Shown here one piece after another: positions 38,187 through 40,158 of a stretch of 40,158 nucleotides of DNA. A program made the position numbers and the translations under genes. Under the pieces are notes generated by a model. The model did not search any database. It worked only from the letters and a program-made list of their open reading frames with translations, and had not been told where the DNA came from. This stretch comes from Polynucleobacter sp. Its GTDB lineage: Bacteria > Pseudomonadota > Gammaproteobacteria > Burkholderiales > Burkholderiaceae. The stretch lies in NCBI GenBank assembly GCA_023253245.1, contig JALRHB010000001.1, positions 1 to 40,158 on the forward strand. Reading direction: 5' to 3'. Numbering within the stretch: the first letter of the stretch is position 1; each line of letters opens with the position of its first letter.

Positions 38187-38711
38187 TTAGGCAATCTTGC
38201 GCAGTTTCGCTTGATAGCGCAGGGCATTTTTTACATAGCGTCCCGCGATATCCTTAATACCTGCAATTTGCTCGGGGCTCAGTGACTTCACTACTTTTGC
38301 AGGCGTACCCAAAATCATCGAACCATCCGGGAATTCCTTTCCTTCAGTGATGAGAGCCCCAGCACCTACGAGACAGTTTTTACCAATTTTGGCACCATTC
38401 AAAATCACTGCACCGATGCCAATTAAACTGCCGTCGCCAATCTGACAACCGTGCAACATCACTTTATGACCAACGGTGACGTCTTTGCCAATAATTAATG
38501 GGTAACCAGGGTCAGTATGTAAGACAGAGGCGTCTTGTACATTACTTCCCTCACCAATCTGGATATGGTCATTGTCGCCACGCACTACTACTTGAGGCCA
38601 CACACTCGCATTGTTTTGGAGCTCAACCATGCCGATTACTTCGGCACTTTCAGCAACCCATGCCCCAGCAGCCAACTGTGGGGACTTTCCTTCTAGTTCA
38701 AATATAGCCAT
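38187..38711 (-). CDS. Gamma-carbonic anhydrase family protein (YrdA-like left-handed beta-helix)
   Basis: RGD, SNVQD..VLH and TVGH..MLHGC (three Zn His); hexapeptide repeats. Confidence 0.92.
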   Translation of the reverse strand: MAIFELEGKSPQLAAGAWVAESAEVIGMVELQNNASVWPQVVVRGDNDHIQIGEGSNVQDASVLHTDPGYPLIIGKDVTVGHKVMLHGCQIGDGSLIGIGAVILNGAKIGKNCLVGAGALITEGKEFPDGSMILGTPAKVVKSLSPEQIAGIKDIAGRYVKNALRYQAKLRKIA

Positions 38712-38746
38712 GACACATTATAGGTAATGGCTATATTTAATAAAGA

Positions 38747-39949
38747 CTACCAGTTAGGTTCGCGGTCTGGGGTTGCTGAAATGCGGTGAATACTCAAATC
38801 AGCGCCCTCATACTCCTCTTCATGCGACATACGAATACCAAGGACTGCTTTTAAGAGACCGTAAACCACGATACCTCCTAGCAAAGCTATTCCAACTCCC
38901 AAGAGGCTGCCAATGAGCTGTCCCAGGAAAGTAACCCCACCTACTCCACCAAGCGCTTTGCTACCAAAGATACCGGCCGCTAAACCACCCCATAGACCAC
39001 ACAAGCCATGCAATGGCCAAACACCTAATACGTCGTCAATCTTCCAGCGGTTTTGTACTAAGGTAAACATATAAACAAATAGACCGCCAGCAATTAAGCC
39101 AACGACTAGTGCGCCCAATGGATGCATGAGGTCTGATCCCGCGCAGACAGCTACTAAGCCAGCAAGAGGACCGTTGTACGTAAAGCCAGGGTCATTACGT
39201 CCAATGAGCCACGCCGCCAAGGTGCCCCCAACCATAGCCATCAAGGAGTTGATAGCAACTAAACCACTAACCTTATCAATTGTTTGCGCACTCATTACGT
39301 TAAAGCCAAACCAACCTACCGCCAAAATCCATGCACCCAAAGCCAAAAAAGGAATGCTTGAAGGTGGATGTGCCGCAATATGACCCTCTTTGGTATACCG
39401 GCCACGACGAGCACCCAGCAAAATAATGGCTGGCAATGCAATCCAACCGCCTACAGCATGCACGACGATCGAACCTGCAAAATCATGAAACTCTTCGCCA
39501 GTCAGTCCCTTGATCCAGGCCTGAATGCCGTAATGTTGATTCCAGGCGATACCTTCAAAAAAGGGGTACACAAAGCCCACCAAAACAAAAGTGGCAATTA
39601 ATTGAGGGTTAAATTTAGCCCGCTCTGCAATTCCACCAGAAATAATGGCTGGAATAGCTGCAGCAAAAGTTAGCAGGAAGAAAAATTTGACTAACTCATA
39701 GCCATTTTTTTCTGCCAGCAATTCTGCCCCAGAGAAAAAGTTCACGCCATAAGCAATGCTATAGCCAATGAAAAAATACGCGATCGTAGACACTGCAAAG
39801 TCGACCAAAATTTTAACTAGCGCATTGACCTGATTCTTCTTGCGAACAGTACCCAGTTCTAAAAAAGCAAATCCGGCATGCATCGCCAAAACCATAATGG
39901 CGCCGAGCAATATAAATAGGACATCGCTACCTGATTTCAAGACTTCCAT
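38747..39949 (-). CDS. amt: Ammonium transporter (Amt family; start moved to ATG 39949)
   Basis: GFAFLE.G.VR.KN, SGGIAER, DFAGSIVVH, GWFGFN and DDVLGVWPLHG (twin His kept). Confidence 0.93.
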   Translation of the reverse strand: MEVLKSGSDVLFILLGAIMVLAMHAGFAFLELGTVRKKNQVNALVKILVDFAVSTIAYFFIGYSIAYGVNFFSGAELLAEKNGYELVKFFFLLTFAAAIPAIISGGIAERAKFNPQLIATFVLVGFVYPFFEGIAWNQHYGIQAWIKGLTGEEFHDFAGSIVVHAVGGWIALPAIILLGARRGRYTKEGHIAAHPPSSIPFLALGAWILAVGWFGFNVMSAQTIDKVSGLVAINSLMAMVGGTLAAWLIGRNDPGFTYNGPLAGLVAVCAGSDLMHPLGALVVGLIAGGLFVYMFTLVQNRWKIDDVLGVWPLHGLCGLWGGLAAGIFGSKALGGVGGVTFLGQLIGSLLGVGIALLGGIVVYGLLKAVLGIRMSHEEEYEGADLSIHRISATPDREPNW

Positions 39950-40012
39950 TGAAGTACCCCCCCTGATAATTTGTGCATCATTATGGGGAATGCGGAAGGC
40001 ATTTTTTACTGG

Positions 40013-40035
40013 AATTGCACTAAATAAGTGCAATT
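40013..40035. promoter_or_regulatory. NtrC-type binding site between amt and the divergent secreted-protein gene
   Basis: AATTGCAC-taaataa-GTGCAATT has perfect 8-bp arms containing TGCAC-N7-GTGCA. A weaker site, TGCATCAttaTGGGGAA, lies at 39974-39990. Confidence 0.75.
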
Positions 40036-40088
40036 TATGGACAGGGATATGGTTTATGATCAAAATATATACACTACAAGGAGAACTC

Positions 40089-40158
40089 ATGAAAAAAGTT
40101 TTATCAATTTTGGCTATTTTGGCCGCATTTTCTGGCTTGGCACAGGCACAGGAAAAAA
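40089..40158 (+). CDS. Start of a secreted protein (3'-truncated by the window edge; not in the ORF track)
   Basis: AAGGAG RBS at 40078-40083, ATG at 40089; MKKVLSILAILAAFSGLAQA|QEK is a typical Sec signal peptide. Confidence 0.8.
   Translation, partial: MKKVLSILAILAAFSGLAQAQEK

Noticed and set aside
39950-40090. 47-aa N-terminal extension of Amt
   Set aside because: It spans the regulatory spacer and the divergent gene's start. ATG 39949 has a G-rich RBS and marks the start of the Amt-like sequence.

Overview
Gene-dense, mostly core chromosomal window from a Burkholderiaceae betaproteobacterium. Protein sequences, compact intergenic regions and gene order suggest Polynucleobacter (inference). 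From left to right: the 3' part of a hybrid sensor kinase (REC-HPt), dacB, a minus-strand pgk-pyk-fba-purC-purE-purK-sua5 run, ilvE-zinc finger-waaF-NTF2-DUF2946, a BepA-like M48 protease, moaC and two small unknown membrane genes. Next comes a four-gene module (cNMP-CBS-DUF294 nucleotidyltransferase, DEDDh exonuclease, DUF4212 small membrane protein, ActP-like sodium:solute symporter), then a lone type IV pilin, TerC, sucCD, recA-recX with a canonical LexA box, DUF2878, tRNA-Met(CAT), DedA, MOSC and an MFS transporter. The right end holds a Tat-exported TakP-type TRAP transporter divergent from an HpxW-like Ntn hydrolase, TRIC, maiA, AEC, a gamma-carbonic anhydrase, an ammonium transporter with an NtrC-like box and the start of a secreted protein. 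I saw no mobile element, CRISPR array or prophage. The best leads are (1) the nucleotidyltransferase/exonuclease/symporter module as a possible reversible-nucleotidylation regulator of carboxylate uptake and (2) a possibly NtrC-controlled TRAP + oxamate-amidohydrolase-like nitrogen-scavenging unit. Family calls come from motif recognition, not database searches.
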